Shown piece by piece: positions 25,279-37,510 of a DNA stretch of 64,000 nt. Position 1 is the first letter of the stretch. Every line of letters begins with the position of its first letter. A program made the translations under genes and the position numbers. The stretch spans positions 7,690,001 to 7,754,000 of the forward strand of contig CM059433.1 in NCBI GenBank assembly GCA_030390025.1, in the 5' to 3' direction. The notes beneath the pieces are model-generated. The model did not search any database and was not told where the DNA came from. It saw nothing but the letters and a program-made list of their open reading frames with translations. The stretch is from Squalus acanthias (taxonomy: Eukaryota).

Positions 25279-25659
25279 CAACAGAAAACGCTGGAAAAAC
25301 TCAGCAGGCCAGGCAGCATCCGTGGAGAGAGAAACAGAGTTAACGTTTCAGGTCGAAGACCTTTCGTCAGAACTGGAAAAAAGCAGGAAATGAAATAGAT
25401 TTTAAAGCAAGTTTACGGCTGGGAAAAGGAGGAGGGGATGAAAGAACAAAAGGGAAGGTCAGTGATAGGATAGAATGCAGGAGAGATTAAGAGACATTGA
25501 GAGACATTAAGAGATATTCAAGGCAAGGGGAGGTGGAAATGGGACAGGTTGAGGAACAAAGGATGGCTCTAGATGAAGTCTGAATTGCGCTGGCAGAATG
25601 AAGGACAGCTGCCATGTGGGAGGGAAGAAAAAAAGGCCAAACAAAAAGTGTGGATAAAA

Positions 25660-25693
<34 letters not shown>

Positions 25694-25792
25694 ATAGGGG
25701 CCGGGGTTATGATCTGAAATTGTTGAACACTATGATGAGCCCAGAGGGCTGTAGAGTGCCTAATCGAAAGATGAGGTGTTGTTCCTCGAGCT
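25279..25792 (-). mobile_element. Penelope-like 3' end (family B)
   Basis: Homologous to 44128-44600 and 46582-46997; contains a hammerhead motif. Confidence 0.75.
25338..25374 (-). ncRNA. Minimal hammerhead ribozyme motif (family B)
   Basis: Minus strand reads AGTT-CTGACGA-A-AGGTC(TTC)GACCT-GAA-ACGT-T-AACT. Confidence 0.75.
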
Positions 25793-27300
25793 TACAGAGT
25801 TGGGAGAAATCTGCTCAACAGAGTAGTTTGCTAAACAGAGTAGACGGGAATTTAGTGAGTGGGAATTCGGTGCAGTAAGAGGAAGGAGGTGATAAGTAAT
25901 CAAAACCAAAGGGGCAACAGACACAATAAAGCAAAATACGTAAATACATAAATAAATCATCAGAGTAATTAATTTGATCTCGGGGATAAAATTAACTAAA
26001 TAGAGGATACCAACATTAAAAGGGATCCGAATTGGATTAAATAAAAATCTGGTATACATAAATAATAAAAAGAGGTAAGGGGATACATAAATAAAGAAGT
26101 TAATAAACAAAACACAAGACTAATTAATTACAAATTAACCTGAAATCAAGCTAAATCCATCTACTAAATATAATCTAGATCAAGTAATTCTATTATATCT
26201 AGAATTAAGGGGGGAATTTTTTCAGCCCTGGGAAGGCGGGTATGGAGGTGGGAAAATGGCAGAAACTGGGAGCGGGTACCGACCCCGCTCCCAACCCGCC
26301 TCTGTGCCATCTTCCCAGGAGGCGGGTCCCTGAGTCGTGGGAAGGGGATTAGAGCAAATTAACTGCCAGTTTTGAGATTTTTCCCCATTTTACGCCTGCA
26401 GTTGCGGGCTTCCTGACTGCTGCGAAACTCGCCAGGGTCAGCGAGGCAAGCAGTGGGTCTGTGGGGGTGAGAGGGGTCGAAATGTCAGCTGTAGAGGTGA
26501 GTGATGGGTGCAAGTGTGGGCAGGTAAGTATGAGAGGTGAGTGTAAAGTGTTGGAAAAAGTTTCCTTACCTTTGCTTCTTTCAGCAGGTTTCAACCTTTG
26601 AGGATCTGGAGGTGCCTCATCTCAACGGCAGAGATGACAGAATGGCTGCTGCATTCTCAGATGCAGCAGCCATCTGCTTTCTGCTGAGGAGAGAGGTCTT
26701 GGTGAGCCTGTGTGCAAGGGCTCACCTTAGAACAGAGATTGTCAGTGTTTGACAGCTTCTCAAAGCTGTCAAACGCTGACAATTCATCTGTCAAAAATTT
26801 CTCGACAGATGAAGCATCATACGCTGACGTCATCTGTCACCGGCTTTCCCTTAATTGGCCGGTAAGGGCGGGCTTAACGTTGCTCAGACGTCGCTGGGGG
26901 CAGGACTGAAACCCGGAAACCAGAAGTCCCGCCTCCAGCACGTCTCCATTGAGAAAATCCAGCCCTAGGTTACTACTAACAAATACATAAATAGAAAACT
27001 AGAAATGGCAGTGCAGGCTGTGTGTCGGGACTTCAGTATGTGGGAGTTTTTGGACAGTGAGACTGTCCCAGCTTGCCACATCTGTAGGAAATGTTGCTGC
27101 CTTGACACACTCCAGCTCAGAGTCCTTGAGTTGGAGTGCGATTAGAGACACTCCAAAACATAAGGGGAGGAATTTTTAGATAGGTTTCTCCAGAGTACAG
27201 TCACACACACCTCAGAGGAAAACACAGGTGCAGGAAAGGGAGAGTGTGATTGTCAGTCAGCAGGGATGGGGAACTGAGAGAGCTAGAGGAGGAGATCCTC
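25793..27300 (+). mobile_element. CR1 5' UTR and ORF1 start, interrupted by a MITE
   Basis: From 27005: MAVQAVCRDFSMWEF...HICRKC...LQLRVLELE, the zinc-finger plus coiled-coil start typical of CR1 ORF1. Confidence 0.65.
26209..26965. mobile_element. Hairpin-rich Harbinger-type MITE
   Basis: Termini GGGGGGAATTTT / AAAATCCAGCCC with TAA/TAG flanks; homologous to the 40.1-41.65 kb copies. Confidence 0.7.
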
Positions 27301-27302
27301 AG

Positions 27303-27983
27303 ACAACAACATATAGCGCCCTTAATGTAGTAAAACGTCCCGAGGACCTTCACAGGAACGTTATAAAACAAAATTGGACGCCGAGCCGCATAAGGAGATA
27401 TTAGGAGACATGACCAAAAGCTGGGTAGGTAGGTGGGTGCTGCAGGGAATTCAGGGCCAGAGTGATCTCCTAGACTAGTTTCGATTGCCTAGATGAGTCG
27501 GAGAGGAATTTCCCAGATATTTTCCCACAAATTGGCCTGCCTGGGTTTAAAAAAAAAATTGCCTCTCCCAGGAGATCACATGGGTTTGGGGCGGGGTGGA
27601 AAGTGTATATCTTGTGATACAATTGTGATACCTTGTGTATGTGACAGGCGCGATGGACCAGAGGGTCTTTACATGTCCGTCATTGTTCGTATCTTCGTGC
27701 GTTGGTCAAAGAGTTGGCCAATAGTGGAGCGATTATAATCAGCGATGCTCAAGAGGCCAGAATTAGAGGAACACAAATATCTCTGGGGGTGGGGTTGTGG
27801 GGCTGGAGGAGATTACAGAGATAGGGAGGGGCGAGGCCATAGAGGGATTTGAAAACAAGGATGAGACTTTTAAAATCGAGGCATTGCTTAATCGGGAACC
27901 AATGTAGGTCAGTGAGCACAGGAATGATAGGTGCATGGGACTTGGTGTGAGTTAGGACACGGGCAGCAGAGTTTTAGATGACC
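27303..27983 (-). mobile_element. L2 3' end with a nested plus-strand CR1-type 3' UTR fragment (about 27427-27698; second copy 53204-53440)
   Basis: L2 tail homology on both sides of the insert; the insert recurs at 53.2 kb. Confidence 0.7.
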
Positions 27984-28617
27984 TCGTCATGATATTATCC
28001 CGTATACACATACGAAGTGGTGTCATGATACTGCATGTTCCTGATGTCATGACATCAACATGAGCACTGCCCAAACTATCACAGTCAGACAGCGCACGTG
28101 TAAACCACCAGGGCCCACTTTGCTGCTAGACGTAAATGTAAGGGGGGCACATTTAGATCGTTCTCCTGAAACCAGAACTGCAATATGGAGGAGAGAGCCA
28201 GAGACTTGTTACGTAGGGAGTATCGTCTTTCCTATTGCTCCCAACATCAAGTGTCCGAAGACAGTACTTGTGATAGTGTGGTAAATACTACATACTCACA
28301 CTGCCCCCCACATCCTAAGGTGCGGTATTCATTTTATCCTCCTTTAAAGGATGAAAGGGCAATTGAACTTTGCCGAGATTCGAACCCAGGATTTTCTGGT
28401 CCCAAGTTCATCAATCAAGCAATTGAGCAATCCAACACTCCCATATCACAACATACTCTGGGCAAAATGTACTAGCTAAGGTGCAGACTATCAGCTTTCT
28501 TTCTAATCAGTACTTTGGTTGTCTCCAAATACCTCATGCATATAACTGCAGCAGCTGACTCCCATCTTCCTGTGGGGAGGAGAAGTAAAGTAGCTGCCCC
28601 TCCCCATCAATTCTGAA

Positions 28618-28740
28618 GCATCTCTAACTTTTTCCAGTTCTGGCGAAGGGTCATCGACCTGAAACGTTGACTCTGTTTCTCTCTCTACAGATGCTGCCTG
28701 ACCTGCTGAGCGTTTCCAGCACCTTCTGTTTTTATTCTGA
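28618..28740 (+). mobile_element. Penelope family-B repeat with a mutated hammerhead core (CTGGCGA)
   Basis: agttctggcgaagggtcatcgacctgaaacgttgact. Confidence 0.7.
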
Positions 28741-29724
28741 GGCATCTTTGATAACACTCACCCCTCTGTCAAAAAGAAATGCCCCTCTCATGTTATCTAC
28801 TTTCCCCTTTTTCTCTTCCGCTCATGAACACCTGCTGAAGTCATGCTGGCAGCCCTGTGGGACCTCATCCAATGTATGAGCTTCGTGTATGATAAATCAC
28901 AGCCAAACCCAAACATGTCCTGACCTGACATTCACACATGTGGTTTCATACATGTCAATGTAGAAAACTAGTCCAAGTTCACCAACAGCTTCAAAAAACA
29001 TGACTAAACCTTAAAAAAAGCCAAAAATTCAAACCCAGCCCTGAATCTGAGCCAACTGTGTAATTACATTGAAATCACTTTGTGGCATGGCCTTGTCATA
29101 ACTTATGCTGCGGGTGTACTCAACAGTCTATTTCTTGCATAATGGACGCAATTTTCTTATCTCCCCCTTGCCCCCCAATTTATATTGGCACTTTTCTCCC
29201 CCAGTTCGTCTGGGCACTCTCCATCCAACTCTCCCTGAGATCATGCTGGCAGTGGCATCCTTCTCTCCATCCAGCTCCATTCATCCTTACCCTCCCATTT
29301 CATGATGTCATTCCTTACTCATATACCTAATACTCTTTCCACAGTTTGTTTTCTTGTTCTTTTTCTGGTATATTTTATTGTACTTCAATCGAGCATATGT
29401 TTCTAATCAGTTATTTTCTGTTTATACCGTCACAAGAGAAGCAAAAAAATTTTCTCAGCCTAGAAAGCCAGAGGTGTATCCAGAGGGAAAAGCAGTGTGG
29501 CGACGTGGCACTCCCACCCACTGTGGTGACCAGGGGCTGGATCATTTGAGTATTCGGGGTGTCCATCCATGCCTGTAGTGGGGGAACATATGCTGACAAA
29601 GTTGGGATGGCATTCTGCCACTGCAAAGGGGGCACCCAAGGTCCAAATCAGGCTAAAGAAAAGAGCCATTTTAATGTTTACAATTTTACTTCGGGAACAG
29701 AGGGGAAGCCTTATTATGATTGTA

Positions 29725-30290
29725 GTATTACATAGTATTTACAGCACAGAAACAGGCCATTCGGCCCCACAGGTCCATGCTGGTTTTTATGCTCCACACT
29801 AGCCTCCTTCCACCCTTTCCACCGTCTTTCGGATGAGTCGTTAAACCGAGGCCCCATCTGCTCTCTCAGGTGGCACTATTTCGAAGAAGAGCAGGGGAGT
29901 TATCCCCGGTGTCCTGGGCCAATATTTATCCCTCAGTCAACATAACAAAAAACAGATTATCTGGTCATTATCACATTGCTGTTTGTGGGACCTTGCTGTG
30001 CGCAAACTGGCTGCCGTGTTTCCCACATTCCAACAGTGACTCCACTTCATAAGTACTTCATTGGCTGTAAAGCGCTTTGAGATGTCCGGTGGTCGTGAAC
30101 AGGCGCTATATAAATGCAAGTCATTTTTTTTGTTCATCTAACCCCATCACCATATCCTCCTATTCCTTTCTCCCTCATGTGTTTATCTAGCTTCCCCTTA
30201 AATGTATCTATGCTAGCCACCTCAACTATTCCTTGTGGTAGCGAGTTCCACATTCTCACCACTCTGTGAGTAAAGAAGTTTCTCCTGAGT
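29725..30290 (-). mobile_element. CR1 3' end interrupted by a partial plus-strand DeuSINE (about 29820-30130)
   Basis: CR1 tail homology flanks the SINE core and tail. Confidence 0.75.
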
Positions 30291-30655
30291 TGCTAAGTTG
30301 TTATATGCATCTGCAATCATGGGGGACCATCCAGCAGCATTAAAATCCCGTTTCTTCCAGGAAAACAATATATGTTGGACAGTCTGGCAAAGTATATGAT
30401 TCAATGTGAATGCAGGCTCCTGTCTGCAATTCCCCACAAAAACTCTTGCCATATCAGCTCCAGGGAGGGAAGAAACCAGTAGAAGGAGGTGCAGTCGCTC
30501 TGAACAACTATTACACACCGACTAGCACCTGGCTGGAGAGCACGACCGTCAGAAGTGGAGGAGCAGATACTTGAGAGCGCATTGCTGGGGGATGGTGCGT
30601 GCCGCGGAAGTCGGGGAGGGAGAAGAAGTAATGTCATCTGGAAGCTCTTGCTCAC

Positions 30656-30807
30656 TTGCTTCAGCTTTGAGAGCAGCTTGGACAGAGAGCCTGTTCTCCA
30701 GCTGCTGCGCCAATCGCCAGTTTCTGGCACTTGCCAGTTCCTGCCGCTGCATCGATACCCGAATGCTCACCGTTGGAGGCGGTTTGTTCTTCAGCATGTT
30801 GGTAAAG
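30656..30807 (-). pseudogene. CHTOP: Orphan CHTOP exon with a 1-nt frameshift
   Basis: [47 protein letters not shown](+1)LKQ matches the recalled CHTOP N-terminal region; AG acceptor at 30809-30808 and GTGAG donor at 30655-30651. Confidence 0.85.
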
Positions 30808-30868
30808 CTTCAAGTTTGAACAGAAGTGATTTAAACAGGTTTTAATACACACAACTGTTCAAGGCAAT

Positions 30869-32048
30869 TCAAGACCACACTTGGAGTACTGCGTGTAGTT
30901 CTGGTCGCCATATTATAAAAAGGATATAGAGGCACTGGAGAAGGTGCAGAGAAGATTTACAAGGATGATACCAGAAATGCGAGGGCATACATATCAGGAA
31001 AGGATGAACAGGCTGGGTCTGTTTTCTCTTGAAAAAAGAAGGCTGAGGGGTGACCTAATGGAGGACTTTAAAATTATGAAAAATTTTGATGATAGTGGAT
31101 ACTGTGGCAACAAGAGCAGGTCAGAGGCTGGGTATTCTGCGGCGAGTGTCTCACCTCCTGAATCCCCAAAGCCTTTCCATCATCTACAAGGCACAAGTAA
31201 GGAGTGTGATGGAATACTCTCCACTTGCCTGGAAGAGTGCAGCTCCAACAACACTCAAGAAGCTCGACACCATCCAGGACAAAGCAGCCCGCTTGATTGG
31301 CACCCCACCCACCACCTTAAACATTCACTCCCTCCACCACCGGCGTACCGTGTGTACCATCTACAAGATGCACTGCCAAGGCTTCTTCGGCAGCACCTCC
31401 CAAACCCGTGACCTCTTCTACCTAGAAGGACAAGGGCAGCAGGCGCATGGGAACACCACCACCTCCAAGTTCCCCTCCAAGTCACACACCATCCTGACTT
31501 AGAAGTATATTGCCGATCCTTCATTGTCGCTGGGTCAAAATCCTGGAACTCCCTACCTAACAGCACTGTGGGAGTACCATCACCACACGGACTGCAGCGG
31601 TTCAAGAAGGCAGCTCACCACCACCTTCTCAAGGGCAACTAGGGATGGGCAATAAATGCTGGCATTGCCAGCGACGCCCTGATCCTATAAATGAATAAAA
31701 AGAAATACAGAGAGAATGTTTCCACTTGTGTGGAAGAGCATAACTAGAGGCCATCAATATAAGATAGTCACCAAGAAATCCAATAGGGAATTCAGAAGAA
31801 ACTTCTTTACCCAAAGAGTGGTGAGAATGTGGAACTCGCTACCACAGGCAGTGGTTGAAGCGAATAGTATGGATGCATTTAAGGGGAGGCTGGACAAACA
31901 TATGAGGGAGAAGGGAATAGAAGGTTCTGCTGATAGATTTAGATGAGGAAAGACGGGAGGAGGCTCGAGTGGAGCATAAACGGCAACATGGACTAGTTGG
32001 GCCAAATGGCCTGTTTCTGTGCCGTACATCCCATGTAATCCTATGTAT
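30869..32048 (+). mobile_element. CR1 3' part interrupted by a different CR1/L2-group LINE 3' end (about 31100-31700)
   Basis: QRRFTRMIP...LRGDL and MFPLV...RRNFFTQRVV flank an insert encoding IYKAQVRSVMEYSPLAW. Confidence 0.8.
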
Positions 32049-32981
32049 GCAAGACCCTCAGCTACAATGCCCCAGTGAAAACCTCTTTTGGGTATAGAGA
32101 GATGTGGCACATTGTTTTTTTGTTGTTAAATGTCTTCATTCCCCTGAGAGTCTGGGAATGCAACCGTTGCAGGCTGTTTTAGTAGAGAAGGAAAGGTGTA
32201 AACATTTAGTAGCAGAGGGAAAAACAAAGTGGCGAGATATGAGCGCATGTACAGAGCTAAGGACAACAATATTTTTGGCATTTTTCTCCTTGGAGCCTTT
32301 CGGCAGCCCAGAGTGGAATTCACGCCTTGCTCTCAGCAGGTGTAGGTTCCGCTGAGCCTATCCGGTTGAGCAAGGTGGAATTCCCAAGGAAGCCGAGGAA
32401 TGCTCTCAGACATGTGCTCAGACCGGCTTTTCCACATATTCCGATGAGCAAAAGAGTCTGCCCCCCCTCACTCAGGATGTTGAGGCCACCTTTAGAAGGG
32501 CAGAAACCTGGCAAATCTCATTCACCCAAAATAGCAATTCCTCCCCCCCCCCCCCTCCCCACAGTTACACTAGACTTCTGCCCCTCATGTTCTTAAATTT
32601 TACAGCATCAAGAAATGCGAATTAATTGAATTACCTTCCACCTTACTGGATTCAGAATCCTGCTTTGTTCATTCATATCCTCTTCAACATTGAATCTGTT
32701 GATGACAGAGTTGATTTTAAAAGCCACTTTGTAATCTTTGCACCACAGTCTGAACTTGAGGAGGAGTTTGATGTTAAGCATTGAGCTGCAGCAATATAGT
32801 TTTAAAAGCTGGATAATAATAATTGTTGATTCTGCTTGCTGCATTAAAACTGAGAAAAACTATCTAGTATCATGTTACAAAATATTAGCCTATATTCCCT
32901 GGAGTTTAGAAGAATGAGAGTTGATCTCATTGAAACATATAAAACTCTTACAGAAATTGACAGGGTAGATGCAGGGAGGAT

Positions 32982-33412
32982 ATCGGGGAACGAGGGGAGA
33001 AGATTGTCAAAGGGGCCGTAGAGATCAGGGGAGGAGAGGAGATCGCAGAAAGTGGAAGAGATCGGTGAAGAAGGGATGGAAGATCGCAAAAGGGGTCGGG
33101 GGAGGAGGGGAGAAGATTGCGGAAGTGGTGGAGAAAGAAAAAAAAGAAAGACTTGCATTTCTATAGCGCCTTTCACGACCACCGGACCACCCAAAATGCT
33201 TTACAGCCAATGAAGTACTTTTTTGAAGTGTAATCACTGTTGTAATGTAGGAATGTAGCTATCCGGGGAGAAGATCGCCGGAGGGTCTGGAGAGATCCGG
33301 GGAGTGGGGGGGAGAAGATCGCGGAGGGTCCGGAGAGATTTGGGAGGAGGGGAGAAGATCCCGGGGGGTGCGGAGCGATTGGGGGAGATGGGGAGAAGAT
33401 TGCGGAGGGGGG
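32982..33412. repeat. Degenerate minisatellite (GGAGAAGATCGCGGAGGG-like) interrupted by a SINE tail (about 33135-33255)
   Basis: More than ten recurrences of gaagatcg/ggagatcc in purine-rich DNA; a Harbinger-like terminus (cagtttcagctcc) lies near 33500. Confidence 0.7.
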
Positions 33413-33921
33413 CAGTAAACAAATTACCATAGTTTTTAAACCATTTCTTGGTGATCCGACTGCCATTGCTCACAACGCTGACACCGGGCAGTTTCAGCTC
33501 CTATTTACTGTACTGTACCAGCTTCCCGAGAAACTCCCCACGATTGTGTGGGAAAGGTTCTCCTCCCGAAAAATTAATACCTGGACAAGACAAAAAAAAA
33601 TGTTTTTAATCGAATCCCGAGATATGAACAGTTAAGGAAACACTATCAAGATAATCCTGCCAACCTTTGTCTCACAATGTAGTTAGAAAAAGGAACCCAG
33701 GCTCCAGATCATTAATAAAATGGATGAAGTACATGGACACCAAAGCTATTTCAGTCAATTTGTCTCTGGAAATATGGTAAGAAGGTCTCCCATCAGTGAT
33801 CATATTATTAACTTGTGTACCCAACCATCAGGCACCTTCGAGGAATATTGTAGGAAAGGTTCATTTTTGTGAGCCACCCAGTTCAGTAACTAAACAAACA
33901 ATGGAAATCTAATATTTTCAG

Positions 33922-34020
33922 TTCATCAATGTACGGGAACAGCTATTAGACTGGTTCCATGCTAAATTGCGCAGTTCTAAAACACTTAAAAATAAATGGC
34001 TTGCAGAGGAGTGTTGGATG
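33922..34020 (+). pseudogene. Candidate exon of an unidentified decayed gene (FINVREQLLDWFHAKLRSSKTLKNKWLAEECWM)
   Basis: ttttcag acceptor, GTGAGT donor, 99 nt, open, phase 0-0, non-repeat sequence. Confidence 0.55.
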
Positions 34021-34082
34021 GTGAGTGTATAGTCCCCATGACTTCAGTGCTGAGCCAAGTACTGTAACTAATTTCCTTGGCT

Positions 34083-35965
34083 TACATAAGAATTAGGAGC
34101 AGGAGTAGGCCATACGGCCCTTCGAGCCTGCTCCGCCATTCAATAAGATCATGGCTGATCTTCGACCTCAACTCCACTTTCCCGCCTGATCCCCATATCC
34201 TTTGATTCCTCTAGAGTCCAAAAATCTATCCACCTCAGCCTTGAATATACTCAACGACTCAGCATCCACATCCCTTTGGGGTAGAGAATTCAAAAGATTC
34301 ACAACCCTCTGAGTGAAGAAATTCCTCCTCATCTCAGTCTTAAAAGGCCGACCCCTTATCCTGAGACTATGTCCCCTAGTTTTAGACTCTCCAGCCAGGG
34401 GAAATAGCCTCTCAGCATCTACCCTGTCAATCCCCCTCAGAATTTTATACGTTTCAATGAGATCACCCCTCATTCTTCTAAACTCAAGAGAGTATAGGCC
34501 TAATCTACTCAGTCTCTCCTCAAAAGACAATCCTCTCATCCCAGGAATCAATCTAGTGAACCTTCGTTGCACCACCTCCAAGGCAAGTATATCCTTCCTC
34601 AGATAAGGAGATCAAAACTGTGCACAGTACTCCAGGTGTGGTCTCACCAAAGCCCTGTACAATTGTAGCAAGACTTCCTTACTCTTGTACTCCAACCCCC
34701 TTGCAGTAAAGGCCAACATGCCATTTGCCTTCCTAATTGCTTGCTGTACCTGCATGCTAACACTCTGTTTCCTCTACGAGGACACCTAAAACTCTATGAA
34801 CACCAACATTTAATAGTTTCTCACCATTTAAAAAATATTGTTTTTCTATTCTTCCTACCAAAGTGAATAACCTCACATTTCCCCACATTATACTCCATCA
34901 TGCCACCTTCTTGCCCACTCACTTAGCCTGTCTATATCCCTTTGCAGACTCTGTTCTCCTCACAGCTTACTGTCCCACCTAGCTTAGCTTTGTAGTCAGC
35001 AAACTTGGATACAGTACACTTGGTCCCTTCATCTAAGTCATTAATATAGATTGTAACTAGCTGACGCCCAAGCACTGATCCTTGCGGCACCCCACTAGTT
35101 ACAGCCTGCCAACCTGAAAATGGCCCGTTTATCCCTACTCTCTGTTTTCTGTCCATTAACCAATCCTCTATCCATGCTAATATATTACCCCCAACCCCAT
35201 GAGCCCTTATCTTGCGTAACAACCTTTTATGTGGCACCTTATTGAATGCATTTTGGAAATCCAAATATACTACATTCACTGGTTCCCCTTTATCTACCCT
35301 GTTAGTTACATCCTCAAAAAACTCTAATAAATTTGTCAAACACGATTTCCCTTTCATAAAACCATGTTGACTCTGCCTAATCATATTATGATTTTCTAAG
35401 TGTCTTGTTACCACTTCTTTAATAATGGATTCCAGCATTTTCCCAATGATTGATGTTAAGCTAACTGGCCTGAAGTTCCCTGTTTTCTCTCTCCCTCCTT
35501 TCTTGAATAGTGGGGTTACATTTGCTACCTTCCAATCTGCTGGGACCGTTCTAGAATCTAGGGAATTTTGGAAGTTCACAACCAACGCACCCAGTATCTC
35601 TGTAGCCACCTCTTTTAGAACCCTAGGATGTAGGCCATCAGGTCCAGGGGATTTGTCGGCTTTTATTCCCATTAGTTTCTCAAGTACTTTTTCTCAACTG
35701 ATACTAATTATTTTAAGTTCCTCACTCTCATTAGCCCCTTGCTTCCCCATTATTTTTGGTATGCTTTTTCTGCCTTCTACTGTGAAGACAGATACAAAAT
35801 ATTTGTTTAAAGTCTAAGCCATTTCCTTCTTCCCCAATATAATTTTCCCTGTCTCAGCCTCTAAGGGACCAATGTTTACTTTTGCTACTCTCTTCCTTTT
35901 TACATACTTGTAGAAGCTCTTACAATCTGTTTTTATATTTCTTGCTAGTTTACTCTCATATTCTA
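34083..35965 (-). mobile_element. CR1 LINE RT region to 3' tail
   Basis: ORFs 34932-35672 and 34168-34581 carry CR1 RT motifs. Confidence 0.93.
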
Positions 35966-35967
35966 TT

Positions 35968-36870
35968 TGCTCCACTGTCTCTAAATTGTCAGACTGCTTG
36001 TCCAACATCCAGTACTGGATGAGCAGAAATTTCCTTCAACTAACTATTGGGAAGACCTGAGCCATTGTCTTCGGTGCCCATCACAAACTCTGTTCCCTAG
36101 TCATCGACTCCATCCCTCTCCCTGGCAACTGTCTGGGGCTGAACCAGACCATTCACAACCTTGGTATTGTATTTGACCTCGAGATGAGCTGCCGACCACA
36201 TATCCGCTGCATCACCAAGACTGCCTACTTCCACCTCCGTATCATTGCCCGACTCGGCCCCTGCCTCAGCTCATCTGCTGCTGAAACCTTCATCCATGGC
36301 TTTGTTACCTCTAGACTTGACAATTCCAACACGCTCCCCTGGCCAGCCTCCCATCTTCCACCCTCCATAAACTTGAGCTCATCCAAAACTCTGCTGTCCA
36401 TATCCTAACTCACATCAAGTCCCGTTCACCCATCACCCACTGTGCTCGCTGACCTACAGTGGCTCCCGGTCCGGCAATGGCTCAATTTTAAAATTCTCAT
36501 CCTTGTTTTCAAACCCCTCATTGCCTCGCCCCTCCCTATCTCTGTAAACTCCTCCAGCCCTACAACCCTCCGAGATCGCTGTACTCCTCCAATTCTGGCC
36601 TCTTGCACATCCCTGATTTTAATCGCTCCACCACTGGCGGCAGTGCCTTCTGTTGCCTAGCTGTGGAATTCGCTCCCTAAAACTCTCCTCTTCTCTACCG
36701 CTCTCTCCTCCTTTAAGATGCTCCTTAACACCTAGCTCTTTGACCCAGATTTTGGTCATCTGTCCTAATTTTTCCTTATGTGTCAAATTTTGTTTGATAA
36801 TGCTCCTGTGAAGTGCCTTGGAATGTTTTACTACGTTAAAGGTGCTATATAAATGCAAGTTGTTGTTTTT
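35968..36870 (+). mobile_element. L2 LINE 3' part
   Basis: Homologous to 5285-6517. Confidence 0.88.
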
Positions 36871-37296
36871 GCCTGTTTACTCTATGTGGCCAAACAAGCC
36901 CCGTCTATATTCCAAGCTGTGTCCATTTCTTCTCTCTCCCCAATTACACATCACAAAATATTACTCCACCTGTGTATTGGCATGTTGTATTTTTGCCCAT
37001 AGCTGTACCTTCTACACACTTCCGTGTCAGTACGTGAATTAAAAAATGTTGTATGCTAAAAAACCATATCCCATTTTAAATTAAACAACTGTCATAACCG
37101 ATAATTTTTAGATAATATATACTGGACCCCATTTGGTACAACGTTGCAATATAAAGATATAAAACAATTTCACGGGCTATTACTTATACACTGTGGGGCA
37201 AATAAAGGAAAAGCTTATTCGCACCACCAGGATCTGGGAGGCAATACGCATCCAACACTTTGCCTGGAATGAGTAATTTGATCCAGTCTGCTGTAG

Positions 37297-37368
37297 GCTC
37301 ATTCTATTCTCTACAATGTGCTGGAACAGTGCGCATGCGCGGTTGGTGACATGCAATGCGCTTATGAG
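37297..37368 (+). pseudogene. Candidate exon of an unidentified decayed gene (AHSILYNVLEQCACAVGDMQCAYE)
   Basis: ctgtag acceptor, GTAAGA donor, 72 nt, open, phase 0-0. Confidence 0.45.
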
Positions 37369-37510
37369 GTAAGATCGGAGTCCCACGCATGCGCATCAGC
37401 GGAAAACCAAAGTTTCTCATTCCCTGGCAATATTCACTCCCTTCAAGAAACAATGGAAAGGAGAAATTTATCCTCATCAACCACATCTGAATGTATCCTA
37501 AAAAGTCATA

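Noticed and set aside
27984..28290. Possible Gypsy-like solo LTR ending in tactaca
   Set aside because: No TSD or clear poly(A) signal found; too weak to list as a feature.
32982..33412. Regularly recurring motif suggestive of a CRISPR-like array
   Set aside because: Units are degenerate, spacers are low-complexity purine runs and the context is eukaryotic; it is a minisatellite.
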